Shown: one piece after another, positions 22,813 to 37,425 of the stretch | Layout: the number at the start of each line of letters is the position of its first letter | Position numbering within the stretch: the stretch's first letter is position 1 | Assembly (NCBI GenBank): GCA_951406725.2 | Contig: OX597814.1 | Location: 160,704,001 to 160,768,000 of the forward strand | DNA: 64,000 bases | From: Octopus vulgaris | Lineage: Eukaryota | Direction: 5' to 3' | Position numbers and translations under genes: made by a program | The notes under the pieces: generated by a model | Database searches by the model: none | The model's input: only the letters and a program-made list of their open reading frames with translations | What the model was told of the DNA's origin: nothing

Positions 22813-24609
22813 ATACGGATCTACTCAATATACATGGCTGACGAAAACAGAACAACAAACCCTATCATAAAATGTTACATTTCACAATTAGATTTCTTTT
22901 GTTTTTGTTTTTTCCTTTCACTTCTAACTGGGAAAGTGATTGCATTTGTCGTGACTGACCCAGTGATTTTCAAATTCTTTTGCCATTATTAACGCTTGGC
23001 TCTCTGCTTCATTGTCAGTGACATCTTTACCTGTAACATTAACCTCTATAGAAGTTAATAACAGTAAATTTCTAGGATTATCAATAAACCAGATTCTCTT
23101 TCTCTGAGATATGCATCCATTCATGACCTCTTTGCAAGTAATCTAAATGCATCGAAGAATAAGGATAGAGCTCCCTTTCATAACTGAGAAGCTCTGACAT
23201 AATAAAACTTGGTTTCATAGACGCCTATAAAATTCTTTTTTTTTAAACACTTGGTTTCATAGACGCCTTATAAAATGTCTATTCCTTTTTTTTTTTTTTT
23301 TATACAACAGAGCAATACATAATCCTCACACTTGATTGGACCAATACTGAATTTATTCAGGTTCAAAGCTTTGAAACAATTGCTACACAAAAATACTCAG
23401 TAATTTTGGGATTCCATGACCAGGTCATTCATTTCTAATATTTCTCAGTCCAACTCTAAAAAAATGGAAAGCTAAATCACTCTTAGAAGGAAATTAACCA
23501 TATTAGCATAAATTACAAACACTCTGCTACTAATCAATCATACAGCTTTTACCTTTAAATATTCATGATGTAAACCAATCTTAAAGGAGGTGAAAGAATT
23601 GCCATCAATATTTTATAATATTGCATTGTTAGGATTGCTTAAAATGAGATAATTTAATTGGTTTTGTTAACAACAAGTCAGCTCTGAACAAATAGACCAA
23701 TGATCAGTTTCCAGCCATGACCATGCCATTATTTTGGACAATCACGAATACATTATCCAATGTGTTCTTCCATTTTGAAGACAGTACGGTGTATTTTAAA
23801 GATTTGAGTGTTATTTCTAGCAGGTCAGGCAACCACAGAGATGCTTCCTTATTAGCTCATTCTTAGCTATCTTGTGTGTTATTTTACATAATTGTCACAA
23901 TAATAAAAAAAAAAGAAACCTTGAAGTATAAATCTCAAACCTACGACTATCTGTAGAGGTCTTGAAGAGTGATATCTTATTAAAACATACATATATATAA
24001 TAGCAATATTTGTTCTCTATTTGGAAAATACTGCTTGTAGTATTTATGTAAAAACCTTCAATTACAAATATGAAACTTAATTTTCCAAGTCAATGCTATA
24101 CAACCCTTAGACACACACAGAATCACTAAAGTTACAAAAATTCTCATATATATATATATATATATAGATAGATAGATAGATGTACATATTCCAACTCATT
24201 AGAAAACAATATGGGGATAAAATACATCATCAAATATTTAACCCATCAAAAATTACCTTCACATAAAATCGAAACACTTATTAAAATTTCATTTTCATTT
24301 AATCACACAACAAAAGAGTGAGCTTTATATTTTTAATCATTTCTAATAGCATTAAGATATTAATTATACACAAAGGAACAATTTTATAACGATAATTCTG
24401 ATGTTAAGTTAATCTATTTTTCAAATTCTAATCAATTCACTCCCTTTTCATTAAAAAAATGTGACCGAGTAAGAAAATATTTCCTGAAATATTCTCCCCA
24501 TCCCCAATCTGTTTTTCCATATTTGTTTGTGCATTATATTTTGGTGTTATCTTTATATGCACTTTATTGTAAACTGCATACCCCATCAGTTTGTATAAAG
24601 TGGTAATTC

Positions 24610-25525
24610 TTACGAAGCTTGCTTCCCAACCACATGGCACCATGGGCAAGTGTCCTCTACAATAGCTACAGTCCAACCAAAGCCTTGTGAGTGGATTTGG
24701 TAGACAGAAACTTAAAGAAGCCTGCCATGTGTGTGTGTGTCTGTGAGTGAGTTTGTCCCCCCATCCCACCACCACTTGACAACTGGTATTGGTGTGTTTA
24801 CTTTCCCGTAATTTAGCAGTTCCACAAAAGAGACCAATAGAATAAGTACCGGGCTTTTAAAAAAAGTACCGTGGGGGGGGGGGGGGCTGATTAAAATTCT
24901 TCCAAGGCAGTGCCCCAGAAAGGCCACAGTCTAATGACTAAAGCAAAATAGAGAAAATAAATTTGTGGGAGATCCTTACATAAGCATCATGTTTCAAATT
25001 TACAGAGAAAAGGAAATTGGTTTTAAAGTTTTAAGATAAGAGTATACTTAAACAGATACCATCATAATATAGTATTTTATTAGTCCATGAGGAATGAAAT
25101 ACAAATTTAACTAGCAGGCAGAGGTGTGGCTGTGTGGTAAGAAGCTTGCTACCCAACCACATGGTTCCAGGTTCAGTCCCACTGCATGGCACTTTGGGCA
25201 ATTGTCTTCTACTATATAGCCTTGAGTCGACCAAAGCTTTGTGAGTGGATTTGGTTGATGGAAACTGAAACAAGCCCTGTGTGTGTGTGTATGTGTGCAT
25301 GCATATATGTGCATGTGTGTGTCCAACAACTGTTTGACAACTGGTGTTGGTGTGTTGAGGTCCCCACAACTTGGCAATTCAGCAAAAGAAACCAATAGAA
25401 TAAGTATCATGTTTAAAAGAAAAACAAATTAAGTACTAAGGTCAAATGGTGCAACTAAAAATTCAAGGTGGTGCCCCAGCATGGCTGCAACTTAATGACT
25501 GAAACAAGTAAAAGATAACAGATAA
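24610..25525 (+). mobile_element. Two tandem tRNA-derived SINEs with internal (GT)n (about 24610-24945 and 25116-25525)
   Basis: A box TGGCTGTGTGG, B box GGTTCAGTCCC, gtgagtggatttggt core and gactgaaacaagtaaaaga tail. Confidence 0.85.
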
Positions 25526-28500
25526 GATATGAACTTAAAAATAATTACCACAAAGCATTCAAGCACATCAGACCTGTTTCCATCATTAAAAGGCTTTGAT
25601 AATATTTTCAGAGAAACTCCTTAGTCTACACCTTCTGAGTTCAAATTCCATTTAGGCTTGTGTTTTTTCCTTCAGGATTGCCGATAAAATAAGCACCAGC
25701 AACACTGGAGTCGTTCCAATCAATTCTACATTTCTATAAATACTGGTTTAGTGCTAAATCAAGAGTAATACTTCAACACTCCCCAACAAACAGTTGAGCA
25801 AAACAGAATTTTAAGCACAAATGGACTTTTTTTTTGTTTTTTCTTACACAACATCAATTAAATTATGTCCTTAGTTAAATAGAGTAATACTTTACTAGAT
25901 CTAAAGGAAATTTGATACCAAAATCTTATATGTTTAACACATAAGCACACTTATAACACTTCACAATAAACGAAGCACCCTCTCTCTATTAATATGAATC
26001 AAGCAGGACTTAGAAAAACTTATCTGCTATCATCTCAAACAGCCTGTCATTCAAAAATCATATTTAACTACACCATACCAAGTCTTCCTGTTGTTGGAGC
26101 AACTTATATGCCTCAAATGATGATGATGGTGGTGGTGGTGTGCATCAATTTCATCAAGCTAATTTTTCCCTTTAGAATTTTACTTTATAAAGTCACATTT
26201 TAACACTTTATAGCTATGATGAATCTACAAAAAAATCTACACTATCTCCAACAAAGATGCCAGTAGAACCATTGCAAACTTCAATTCCCCATCAAGAAAT
26301 CTGAGATCGGATCCAATTTTTAGTCTGACAGGCAGAGAAACATACAATACCAATTCTGAACTCATGAGCAAAGACCTATGGACTAGAACAATAGTTTAAA
26401 ACCCAGCCAGACATCAACTTAAATCCTGTGTACTAGTATCTGTGTCTTAAACTTCCAGTAACACATTCAAGTTGTTTGAGCTGAGACACATTCAAGCTGT
26501 TTGAATCATTACAAAGTCATCCTACCAACCAAAAGAACAATGATTTATTTCCTGACTCTTGCTCAATTGTATCCATGGCAAAGACACTTAACTATTAATG
26601 ATTTAGTTTACCTTGATATAAGTAAGATATACTATGTAGGAACAATTCACCTTTATAAAGAACAGATACCTTGAAAGAATTACAGGTGATGGTAATCATT
26701 TTTCCCCAAATCAGATACTCAAACAGATCTGTGATCAAAAAGTGTTCTGGTTGTGTCCATCCCATTTGGGAGGGGTCCTCTCTTGCCAGGACTACTGTAT
26801 CAAGGATTACACCATTTAATCAGTCCTTCCCTGTTTCAAGATGGTAGGTAACAATTTGAAGGAAATTTGCCAACTATTTCTAGCAGGTGGAGCAATTACA
26901 TAGTGGCTCCGTTATTGGAAATGCAGATACTATTATAGGTAATATGATCGTTGAACATCTGACAGACATTTGCTTGTAGTAAAGAATTTAAATCAACCCA
27001 TAGGCATAAAAACATTTTAAAACAACACCAGTGTGCATACATACAATGAGTATACAAATGCAAAAAAGTATAAATCAGTAATATTTTGTCTCAGAGAGAA
27101 AAACACAGGGCCTCCCTCAGGATGCCAGTGAATCAGCAGACTCAATTTGTCCTCTTCAGTGATAAATACCTGGACTTTCTGATCCAAGTTGAAAAATGCT
27201 TGCTCAAATGTAGAAATTAGTAAACAAAACATTTACTGATTTGTGTGCTTGTGATTCAATGGCCATATAACTAGAGTAAGCGTTGTCTGATACATTTGGC
27301 AGATTATCTTTTCAGTAAGATCATCTTTTAAGCAAGATTATTTACTACAAATTTTTGTATAATTGATTAATATACTGTTATCTCACCAAGTTAATGAGGG
27401 AGACTTTACATGGTTGTTTAACCTGCTACAAGCCCAATGTTCCTCAAATCAGGTTCTATTGTCTTAAAAAGGAATACATTGAATAATTAAGTCCTAGACA
27501 TACTATTCTTAAGAACAAGAAGGGATGGTCATAGCTGGAAAGCCTTTGATTGCAGTTCTTTTTGATCATATGTGACCTAAGCTTAACAATTGGTGCCTTT
27601 CAGGAAGCAACTTTTACAACTGCTTGTGCCATACTTGCAAGGGCTTAAAAGTATACACATTATTGCCAAAAACAAATCTTACATTCTAGCTTTCAGAAAT
27701 AAATAAATACAATTTACTGCTACTGTGTTCTTGAAAAGACACTTTATTTCCCATTGCTCCAGTTACCTCAGATGTAGAAACAAATTGCAATGTCACTGGT
27801 GCCAAGCTGTATCAGCATTTGCCTTTTCCTTGGATAACATTGGTGGCATGGAGAAGGGAGGCTGGTTGTTAGTCTTCCATAAACAACCTTGCCTGGACTT
27901 GTACGTTGGAGGGGAACTTTCTAGGTGCAATCCCATGGCCATTCATGACAGATAGGGGGTCTATTTTTATTACTGCTACTATGTCGAACATAGAACACAA
28001 TAGCATAAACAAGATTATCGTATTTTGTTTAGTGTTCATTTTCTTTAATTATCAGTATCAGTTAAAATTAGTTTTATCCATACATTAAAGAAAACCAACC
28101 AAACTACTTACAATAGAAACAAACTATTTGCTTCTACAAATACTGCAATATCTAAAAACAATATAAAGAATATCTTACATTTCCCAGACTCATTCTAAAT
28201 GGATGTATGCTCGTTTTAAGTTCATACCCTTAACATACAGAGACTGGCCACAAAAGGGTCATACCTAATAAAGAATTAACATGTCTAAAGATAAAAACCT
28301 GTGCTATTAAGAACCGTAGTCTGAGCCACAGCCAGTTGATAACTGAGATTATACCTATACAATATAGAGATGGTACATTAAAACTCGTTTTAGCATAGAA
28401 TAAATTGGGTTTTTTTTTACAAGTAAAACAATGAAAATATACAAATAAAAAAAGGAGAGTGGAAACACTTTACCAAATCAAGCTATTACTAGTATAAATA

Positions 28501-29886
28501 CTCAAAGTGAACAATATAGATGTCAGCATTTTAGAACAAAATCACAAAGGATTAAAAACATACATCTGATAGATGTAGAAACTTCCATTAAATCAAATAT
28601 ATCTAACATAGAAAGACAGTAAAGTTCGCTCACCTGGGTAGATTCATATAACATATACAATCAACATCACCAACTTCCCCATCAACACAGTCTAAGCACA
28701 TAACTGAAGTGTATTTCAGCTTTAAGAAAAACGATTTTGTCTTCTTTTTTTGCATTATATGCAGACTTTCACTTAAAACAGTAGTTTCCAACATTCAATA
28801 TAGCAAAAGTCACTAAAATAAGAGTGTGGGCTAATGATTCGTAAACACATAAAAAACAACAAAAAACTTAATAAGCAAGTAATCCATAATCTAGTTTAAA
28901 ATCAACAATTATCTACACTAAGTATATTCATACTCGAATAGTAGACAGTGATTAACAATAAGAACAGGATTTTAGCTCACTGATAAAATGTACAACCACC
29001 ATAGTAAGAGGAAAATACATGTCTGTAGATGCACATCAACTTAACATTAACAAAAAAATTATCATAGTAATTTGAGCAAAAGTAAATAATATAAAACACT
29101 GAATTCAATCTTATATATATATATACTTGTGTATTCAAAACACAAAAACACTACATCAAGAACCAAGGAAATCTGCAGACACACCTAATAACATTTCTAT
29201 AGTGACAGATTTTGACCAGTGACAGGCTTGAGGGGTGGGGAGATGTCGATAAAATTATTATCTTTGATACTTAGATTAATCACAGCATAAGAGATTTTAG
29301 TAACTGCAGCAAATTTAAGCTCGGTTTTGAAACCACAGAACTCGTAGTACAAATGAAATATGAGCTATGTGTACTTTAACAGCAACTACTAAAAAGAGAC
29401 TGATGCAAAAAGTGTCCATCTAATGATTGTGCAACACAATAGAATAAAATTATTGAAACCAAACATGAAACATCTAGCAGCTAGCATTTCAGGAAAGTTA
29501 CCATTGGTAACAGGTTTTACAAATACTCGTCAGAGTATGATACAATAAAGGCTAAAGAAAAAAAACAACATTTTCCAGCAATAATGTAAATGAAATTCAA
29601 GAAAAGAGGTAAAAAAAAAAAATTAGTATTATGAAAGATACTAAATAAGTTACAAAAAAAAAAAAAATAACTAAGAAATTAGTAGAGCATCTCAGAATTC
29701 ATATTCTTGTGACAACAGATGTGACATGACAGTTATATTTTACACCACTCATGAAATACAATTTAGTTACTGAAGCTAAACAATCATAAGAATTGGTAAT
29801 GGGAAGGATGGGATTAATGAAATGAAACAAAGGTAATTATTAAACAAGCCTAATTCTTGGAACAACCTTAATGAAAAGGATAGACT

Positions 29887-29935
<49 letters not shown>

Positions 29936-32899
29936 AGTGGGAGGCTGAGACAAACTATTTTTGTGATTGAGGCAGACATATTTCCTTTAGTAATTCTTGC
30001 CTGTACATCATGAATTTATCGATATGGTCTGTTGTACATTAGCTATTCTGCACAGTCCTTAAGTAAAGCCTGAGTCTGAATGTAGTGGCAGAGAGAAACT
30101 AAACCACTGAAGGATTTGGCTCTTAAAAAAAAAAAATTTAATTAAAAAAAATAAAAAAGAACTGTAAAAGTAAAACACCATAAATAAATACACACAGCCA
30201 ATAACAAATATATACTTTTCTCTTTGTAATTTATAAATCTAAACACTGGGCTTCTTTTAATTACCTTTGACTCAAAATCCAAAATCTTTTTGTTTTACTT
30301 GAACCAACACTGAATGCTTACAAAACACTCCTAATTTACAAGAGTATCACTGTTTGGAATGGTACCTACATTATAGTACTAGTTACCAGCCATCTAAAAC
30401 AATCTGGAAAGCAAATGTCTTGGCCTTAGACACAATACAGAGCCAGTGATAGGGCATGAAATCCCAATCTCTCAGTTGGTTATCCCCATACTGTATCTGC
30501 TCACTGCGCCATACAATATGTTGTTTTGTATTGTTAAAAATCTTATTCTATTTTAAAGGTTATTTTAACAACCAACTATATAATACTGACTGAAGATTAT
30601 GAAAAAAAAATGGATATTGAAAAGATTTAGAGGAATTTATTTTCTTTGTAGGGATAGTAATTATAAAATTATTATACACTACAACATAGGCAAAGGCATG
30701 GCTGTGTGGTTAAGTTTGCTTCCCAACCATGTTGGGAGTTCAATCCCACTGTATGGCACCTTTATTAAATATCTACGATAAACCCCTGGTCAACCAATGG
30801 TTTGAGAGTGAATATGGTAGACAGAAACTGAAAGAAGCCTAGCATGTGTGTGTGTGTGTTGAGAGGACCCTATAGCCTTGCTAAGGGAGAGATACCCTCA
30901 CTAGTACAGACACTATAAATAGTGCATCCAGTACACTGTAAAGTGGATAGTGGTTGTTAGAAAGGGTATCCAGCTATAGAAACCACACCAAAATTGAGAC
31001 ATTGGTGCACAACATGACCCTCTGACTAATCAGATCCTGTTGTACCATCCAATCCATGCCGACATAAAATGATGGAAGGCAAACATAAAATGGTGATAAT
31101 AATTCATTCAATTATTGAGTGTTAAAAGTGCCAAATTGTTAAGTATATTCACTTTTCCCCAATACACACACAATCCCAGCTTAAGCAACACAATTCTTCA
31201 GAGAGAAAACACAAGATATCCTTAAAGACGAATATAGTTAGAGTAACCAAACTCTGAACAGTAACATTATCCCAACAAATATAGCAAATTCCCCATCCTT
31301 TTAATATTTTTCATTACCATCATTATCATAAAGAGTCGTCATCAAAATAGTTTCTAAAATAAAATAGCTTATTTTCATAATGCAAAATACAATTTTTTCA
31401 TAAGGAAAATTCAATAAAATTTTAACACATTTTCAAATGATTATGCTTTCACAGATATGGTTTCCATTTGTTAGAAAATTACAGCTCTAAAATCCAATAT
31501 GGCTAGTTCCTTGGCTGACTGCAAAAACAGGAATTGTACTGGGTGTGGCAGTAAAAACAGAATCTATATAAACAGTTGTCAGGAGCAACCAAAGAAAGGT
31601 GAAGGGCAGAAACGTTATATTCTAAAATTGAGACAAGTCAACAATTTCATTAAAGAAGCCATTGTCGCTTTATAAACAAAATAAATAAGTAGAACAGGTA
31701 ATTTCTTAAGTTCTTTCCCCACAGCAACACAAGATATCTAAACATCTTGTACATTATACTACACCTTGTTCTGTCCTCATATTTACAGACAAACACACAT
31801 TTACTCACCATGTAAAACAAAGAACACTGTAAAACAGTATAGTATACAACTACATACAAAATTTCAGATTTTGTTACCCCCACCTCACCTAATTTTCTAA
31901 GCTGTTTCTTTATCCATTATAAAAACATAATAATTACAATAAACAAAGAACCAACAAGATGCCCAGTCATTAAACAGACAGACTGTTTAAGATTTAATTT
32001 CTAACTTTGTTTACTCCAGTTAACTATCAATTTTGAAAAATTAATTTATGCAGAAGTTTCCAAGCACCATGTAGCCCCAAAATTCATAAAGCACCCTATA
32101 AATTCATTTCCAGTGTTCCCCTATAATTCTCAATAAAAAGCATTATTTAGAAAAGCAATTTACACACCAAGTTAAGAATAATACACAAAATTCAATGCCA
32201 TGATAATTATTTACATGTTTATTTGAACTACAGTTAACATTTTAGTTTAACATAAATACAATTTTGACTGTGTAATACTAAACTTGGCTTTTTAAAGCTC
32301 GATAGTCATTTAACAACAAACAACCTCATAAAACATTTTTACTACTTCAACCTTCATCACTTTTTAGTCTCTGCTTCCTTTCTGTTCTTTCAATTAAGAA
32401 TACTTTATATCTATATAATGCACATGTATGTATGGGTGCATTTACTCATACTTGCGTTTCGCTGTGTGTGTGTATATATATACACATGCATATGAATGGA
32501 CAGACCCATTTAACAGAATTATATATATGCAAACATGTTCTTTCCCAATACACTATGTGTGTACCTGAATGGGTGTATGTGTATAAATTTATATATATCC
32601 TTTGTTACTATAAATATATCTAGAATCAGTTTCACTACTACTACAAAAATTCGGTCACTCTAAATTAAGAGTATTGAATGAAAGTCTTTGTAAACAAATA
32701 CCCTTCTCTAGGCATGGTGGTTGTCTCTGGCTTCCTCTACTTGACCTGCTTCCTTTAAACTCCACTTTTACACTTTACTTAGCTTGGGGTATTACATCTG
32801 TTTACTTTTACTTTCTAATTTCTGAGCTTCATCCCTTTTCATTCACCTTGAATCGCACTTTCGATCCTCTAACATCACTTCACTCAACCTAATGCCATC

Positions 32900-33560
32900 A
32901 ATTCCATTACCTCAAAAGTGATGGAAACTATAGTAAATGGCCACTTCCTTTCTCACCTTAAATTTTTCCCCCCTCCTAAGTAACCACTAGTATCACTTCT
33001 TATAGCCAGTTTTTCTAAAGATTCACTGAAAACAATGGTATTGTAAATTTCAACGAAGGTAAAGACTTCAATCATGTCTGGTATAAACAGCCTTTGAAGC
33101 CAAGTTGCCAGCCAACTTCCTCTCAGCTCTTAGTTCAGAAGCTTATAATCAGACACACAGCATATATTAGTGGGGGTTCTTTCTGCGTCTCATATCCTAT
33201 CAACTCTATTGTACCTCAAGATTCAGCTTTGTTTCCAACACACTTCTTTCTGTATACACATTACCTTATCACAGCCACTCCAAAAGAACTCCTACAGAAA
33301 TGAAGCTACTCTTCTTTCATTCCCCAGTAACAATTGTCAAAATGCAACCAAGAAAATATCTGAAACACTACACCTTCCATACACATCAAAACAATTAAAA
33401 CCTTCACAAACTTTACAAATGTTATACCTCACAATATCTTATATCATTTTGTGGCAACCACACAATTATAACAGAGCCAATATTGTATATAAAGGCTAGG
33501 CTTCCACCTCATGGTCATAAAATACCTCAATATCAAATAGTTGCTGTCCCACCTTAGAAT
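32900..33560 (+). mobile_element. Highly decayed non-LTR (CR1/Jockey-like) reverse transcriptase fragment
   Basis: KDFNHVWY (cf. KAFDRVWH) and PINSIVPQDSALFPTHFFLY (cf. PINSGVPQGSVLSPTLFLLF). Confidence 0.65.
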
Positions 33561-33829
33561 ACTGTTTACACATTTAAGGTCGAGGAAGTTCACATATTTA
33601 CACATGTTTTTGATCAAATCTAAAATATGTTGTGTGTGATTATCAAACCTTCATTCAATAGCATGTTATAACTAACTACTAACAATGCAACCTGTATACT
33701 GCGTATTCCAAAAATTATTACAACAGCTACTTAACTAACAACTTATGCACCACCTTTATCAAAACCCAACCAATTATCCTATCTCGCTCTCTCCCAACCA
33801 TTATCACTACTATATCTCATTTCACATCG

Positions 33830-34500
33830 TTTAACATCTGTTTTCCATGCTGGCATGGGTTGAACAGTCTGATAGGAGATGGCAAACCAGAGCACTGCAC
33901 AAAGTTCCACAGTCTGTTTTGGCATGGTTTTCATGGCTGGATGCCCTTCTTAATGCCAACCACTTTACACAGTGGACTGGGTGCTTTTTACATAGCACCA
34001 GCATTGGTGAGGTCTGTTTTGGCATGGTTTTCACAATTGGATACCCTTCCTAATTCCATTCACTTCACAGAGTGGGTTGGGGGCTTTTCATGTTACACCA
34101 GCACCAGCAAGATCTATTCTGGCATGATTTTCACAGCTAGATGGTCTTCCTAATGCCAACCATTTAGTAGAGTGGACTAGGTGCTTTTCACATGGCACCA
34201 GTACGGTCTGTTTAGGCATGGTATTTTTTCATTTCTACAGTGAGATGCTCTTCCTAATGCCAACCAGTCTGCAGAGTGGACTGGATGTTTTTTACATGGC
34301 ACAAGCACCAGCGAGGTCTGTTTTGGCATGGTTTTTATGATGGCCTTCCTAACACCAACCATATAGTAGACTGAGTGCTTTGCATGTGGTACCAGCACTG
34401 GAACAGTCTATTTTGGCATTGTTTTTATTTTTACGGCTGGATGCTCTTCCTATACCAACCACTTTACAGAGTGGAGTGGGTGCATTTTACATGGCACTAG
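33830..34500 (-). repeat. Tandem array of six ~90-110-bp units derived from the retroposon core
   Basis: The unit start gtctgttttggcatgg recurs at about 33912, 34012, 34112, 34207, 34316 and 34406. Confidence 0.9.
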
Positions 34501-36496
34501 AACCTGCGAATCCACATCTATATTAAACACTTAATCTTTCCTTCCCAGAGCTACATCTAAAACTTCTTCTAAACCACACCTTACCTATAAGTATCAATTA
34601 ACAGAAGTTCGAGACAAATATCATCAATACTGAACTCACCATCTTCTGAAGACTTGCAAAAAGCATGGTGTTCAGAGGTTGGTGAGTTCCTTTTTCATCA
34701 AAATCTGATAATACCGATGATGATAAGAGCCCTATCTTAATATATAATAGTATATATTTACCTATATATACTATTATGTATTTTCCTCCATTGAAAAATG
34801 TTTGATACATTTTCAATCACCAGTTTTGAAATGGAACTATACTGTTCATGTAAGCTTATGGAAGGATTATCTAAAAGTGAAGAAAAGCTCGTGTAGATAG
34901 AGGTTTGGCCAAACAGAACATACAATGTGTTTTCCTCAAAGTGTACTATGTCCCTTTAGCTAAATATTCTTCAAAGTTTTGAAAATGACTTCAAACATGA
35001 ATAGTAGTTCATTCATTTTTCCATGCAGGCATATATAGGACAAAACTTTTTGAGGCAATATTCTAAAGCTAGAAAATTTTCCTTGTGCTAACTCATATTT
35101 GTTTTCCAGGGCAAGTCCTTTAATCTACTGGTCTTTACACGTCAAACCAGTGAGGTGCAGAATATATATCTACATGTGGGATATAAACATCAGTGCTGCA
35201 CAAACACACACACGCACGCACGCACACACACACAAGCAAGTACACACACGCAAGCATAAACGCGCACACACACACACACCAGGCATACATATGATTTTCA
35301 CCTATCAAACTTCACTCCCAAAGCATTGGTTAACCCAAGGTTATTAAAGACACCTGTCCAAAGTGCCATGCAGTTGGATTGAACCCAAAACCATAATTAC
35401 AAAGTAAGCTTCTTAACCACACAGCTATGATTGCACCTAACATATAATTCAGCTGAAAGAAAATATTAACTATTTATAAATTACTGAGAACCAAATTAAC
35501 ACTTCCCCTCCTCCTCTACCACCACCACTCCATCCTGTCTAAAGAATAAGGTATTAATACATACAGATTCTTGTACTGATAAGCTATCAGACATGCAAAA
35601 CTATCAAGAATAATGCTCTGCTTCATCCTAGGATTTCATAAGTTACTGTTTTAATAGAATTTTCCACACTAGCTCTCATCCAGGTTCTTCTAATAATACT
35701 ATCTCCAGTCAATCTTATTGGTTAACTTTTTAGTAACAACAGCACATTTCATAAATTTAAAAATAATTTACTTAAGAAGTGCTACTTTGAAAAATAAAAT
35801 TAAATAAAATAAAATGCAACAGTAAGCGGCGTGATATAAGAAAATTGGTATAATGTTGAGGAAAAAAAAATAATATTAAAATAAATTTTTATTTAAATCA
35901 CTAACACTTTGCAACTCATTTTTTACATCATAACAATGAAAATCATTGCCCGGGTTATAGAAGACAGAGAGAAGTGGCAAAATCTGGTTACAAGGTCAAC
36001 AAATACCCCCATTGACCACAAAGTCAAGGGGGGAAGATGATGGGAAGGAGGAGATGGAGGGAGTAGAGATAGAGTGAGAGAGGGGGTGGAAGATGGAATT
36101 TACACTATTTTTTTAATTTCACAGTGAAATGAATTTTTTTAAAAAAATCTTAAAGGAAAGTTCAAATGAAGCCAAAATGGCTAAATGAGAAAACGCTTCC
36201 ATAAATTATACTCAGAAAATAATAACTTCTTAGCCCTTTTGATATCAACCTGCCTCAGACCCTCCCTGATTCTAAGATATAAACTTCCTTCAGCTTCGTA
36301 ATGATCAAACCATTTTACTAAATTCATCATTTTCAGAATTAATTAAAACAAAAACAATAAATTTCAACAGAAATGGACAGAAGTGTAGATGGAAACTGGC
36401 TTCCGGTGGAATAAAGTAAAAGACAATTGCTCAAGCTGATATGCAGTAGGATTAAACTCAGATCCAATGCGACTGTGAAACAACCTCTTTAACCAC

Positions 36497-36557
<61 letters not shown>

Positions 36558-37204
36558 CGCGTGCGCATGATGAGGTTAGAGACTTAATAGATAGAATGGT
36601 AAGTAGCAGGTAGAGAGGCAGATAGAATAGGAAAGAGACAGATGGAGATAAATATAGGTAGCTCTAAGAGATTTATATCTACCTATATATCAACACACAC
36701 TGGTTAAATTTGTATATTTGCTAAATCAAATTTCAATCTAAAAATAACTGCCAGAAAGAAGCAATAAATTTGGTTGTAAAATGTACACACGATTAACTGG
36801 CCTCAATTCTAGGCCAATATTTATTCTACCAACGATGAAAGGAAAAATTTGAACTCTGATTGTGAAAAATGAAAATGAATAAATAATACCATAACACATT
36901 TTATCCGACACTTCAATTCTACTAATCCATTTCCATAAGTGATGTGCTAACCATTTATTTAAATGATTCTCCCTTTTATTTTGAAAATATGCCACTGCAT
37001 ACTTTTAATAAGAGCTGCAGCTCTTGTAACTATTTCATTTTAGAATTTTGAGAAGTTGTTCTTGGCATTCTGAATGACTTCTAATAAAATGCCATAAAAA
37101 ATGAGAAAAAGAATATAAATACAAAAGGAAATATATTTGCCATTCCAAGAAGGACATCCAGGAAATGAAAAACAGTTGTGTATGCATGTGTGTGTGTGTG
37201 TGTG

Positions 37205-37240
<36 letters not shown>

Positions 37241-37243
<3 letters not shown>

Positions 37244-37425
37244 AAAGTTTACAAAAAAAACAAAAGACAAAGACAGGTGGTGTACAAAACAAACAGATGT
37301 ATTAGTATAGTGCTCAGGAATAGAAAAGTCTTTTACGTTTCGAGCCTACGCCCTTCTACAGAAAGGTACACAGAAGAAACAAGGAGAGAAAAAAATGTGT
37401 GTAGTGGCTAACGATCGATCATGGC
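37241..37425 (-). mobile_element. Second Penelope-like terminal (pseudo-LTR-like) fragment inserted at a (TA)n tract
   Basis: A discrete ~185-bp unit bounded by TA repeats, carrying a minimal hammerhead fold at 37330-37365. Confidence 0.6.
37330..37365 (-). ncRNA. Minimal type-I hammerhead ribozyme-like motif
   Basis: CUUU-CUGUAGA-A-GGGC-GUAG-GCUC-GAAA-CG-UA-AAAG: stem I CUUU/AAAG, stem II GGGC/GCUC, short stem III, GUA triplet. The core has CUGU instead of CUGA. Confidence 0.65.

Noticed and set aside
33830-34500. CRISPR-like appearance of regularly spaced repeats
   Set aside because: The 'spacers' are homologous to one another, the units derive from a retroposon, the context is eukaryotic and there are no cas genes.
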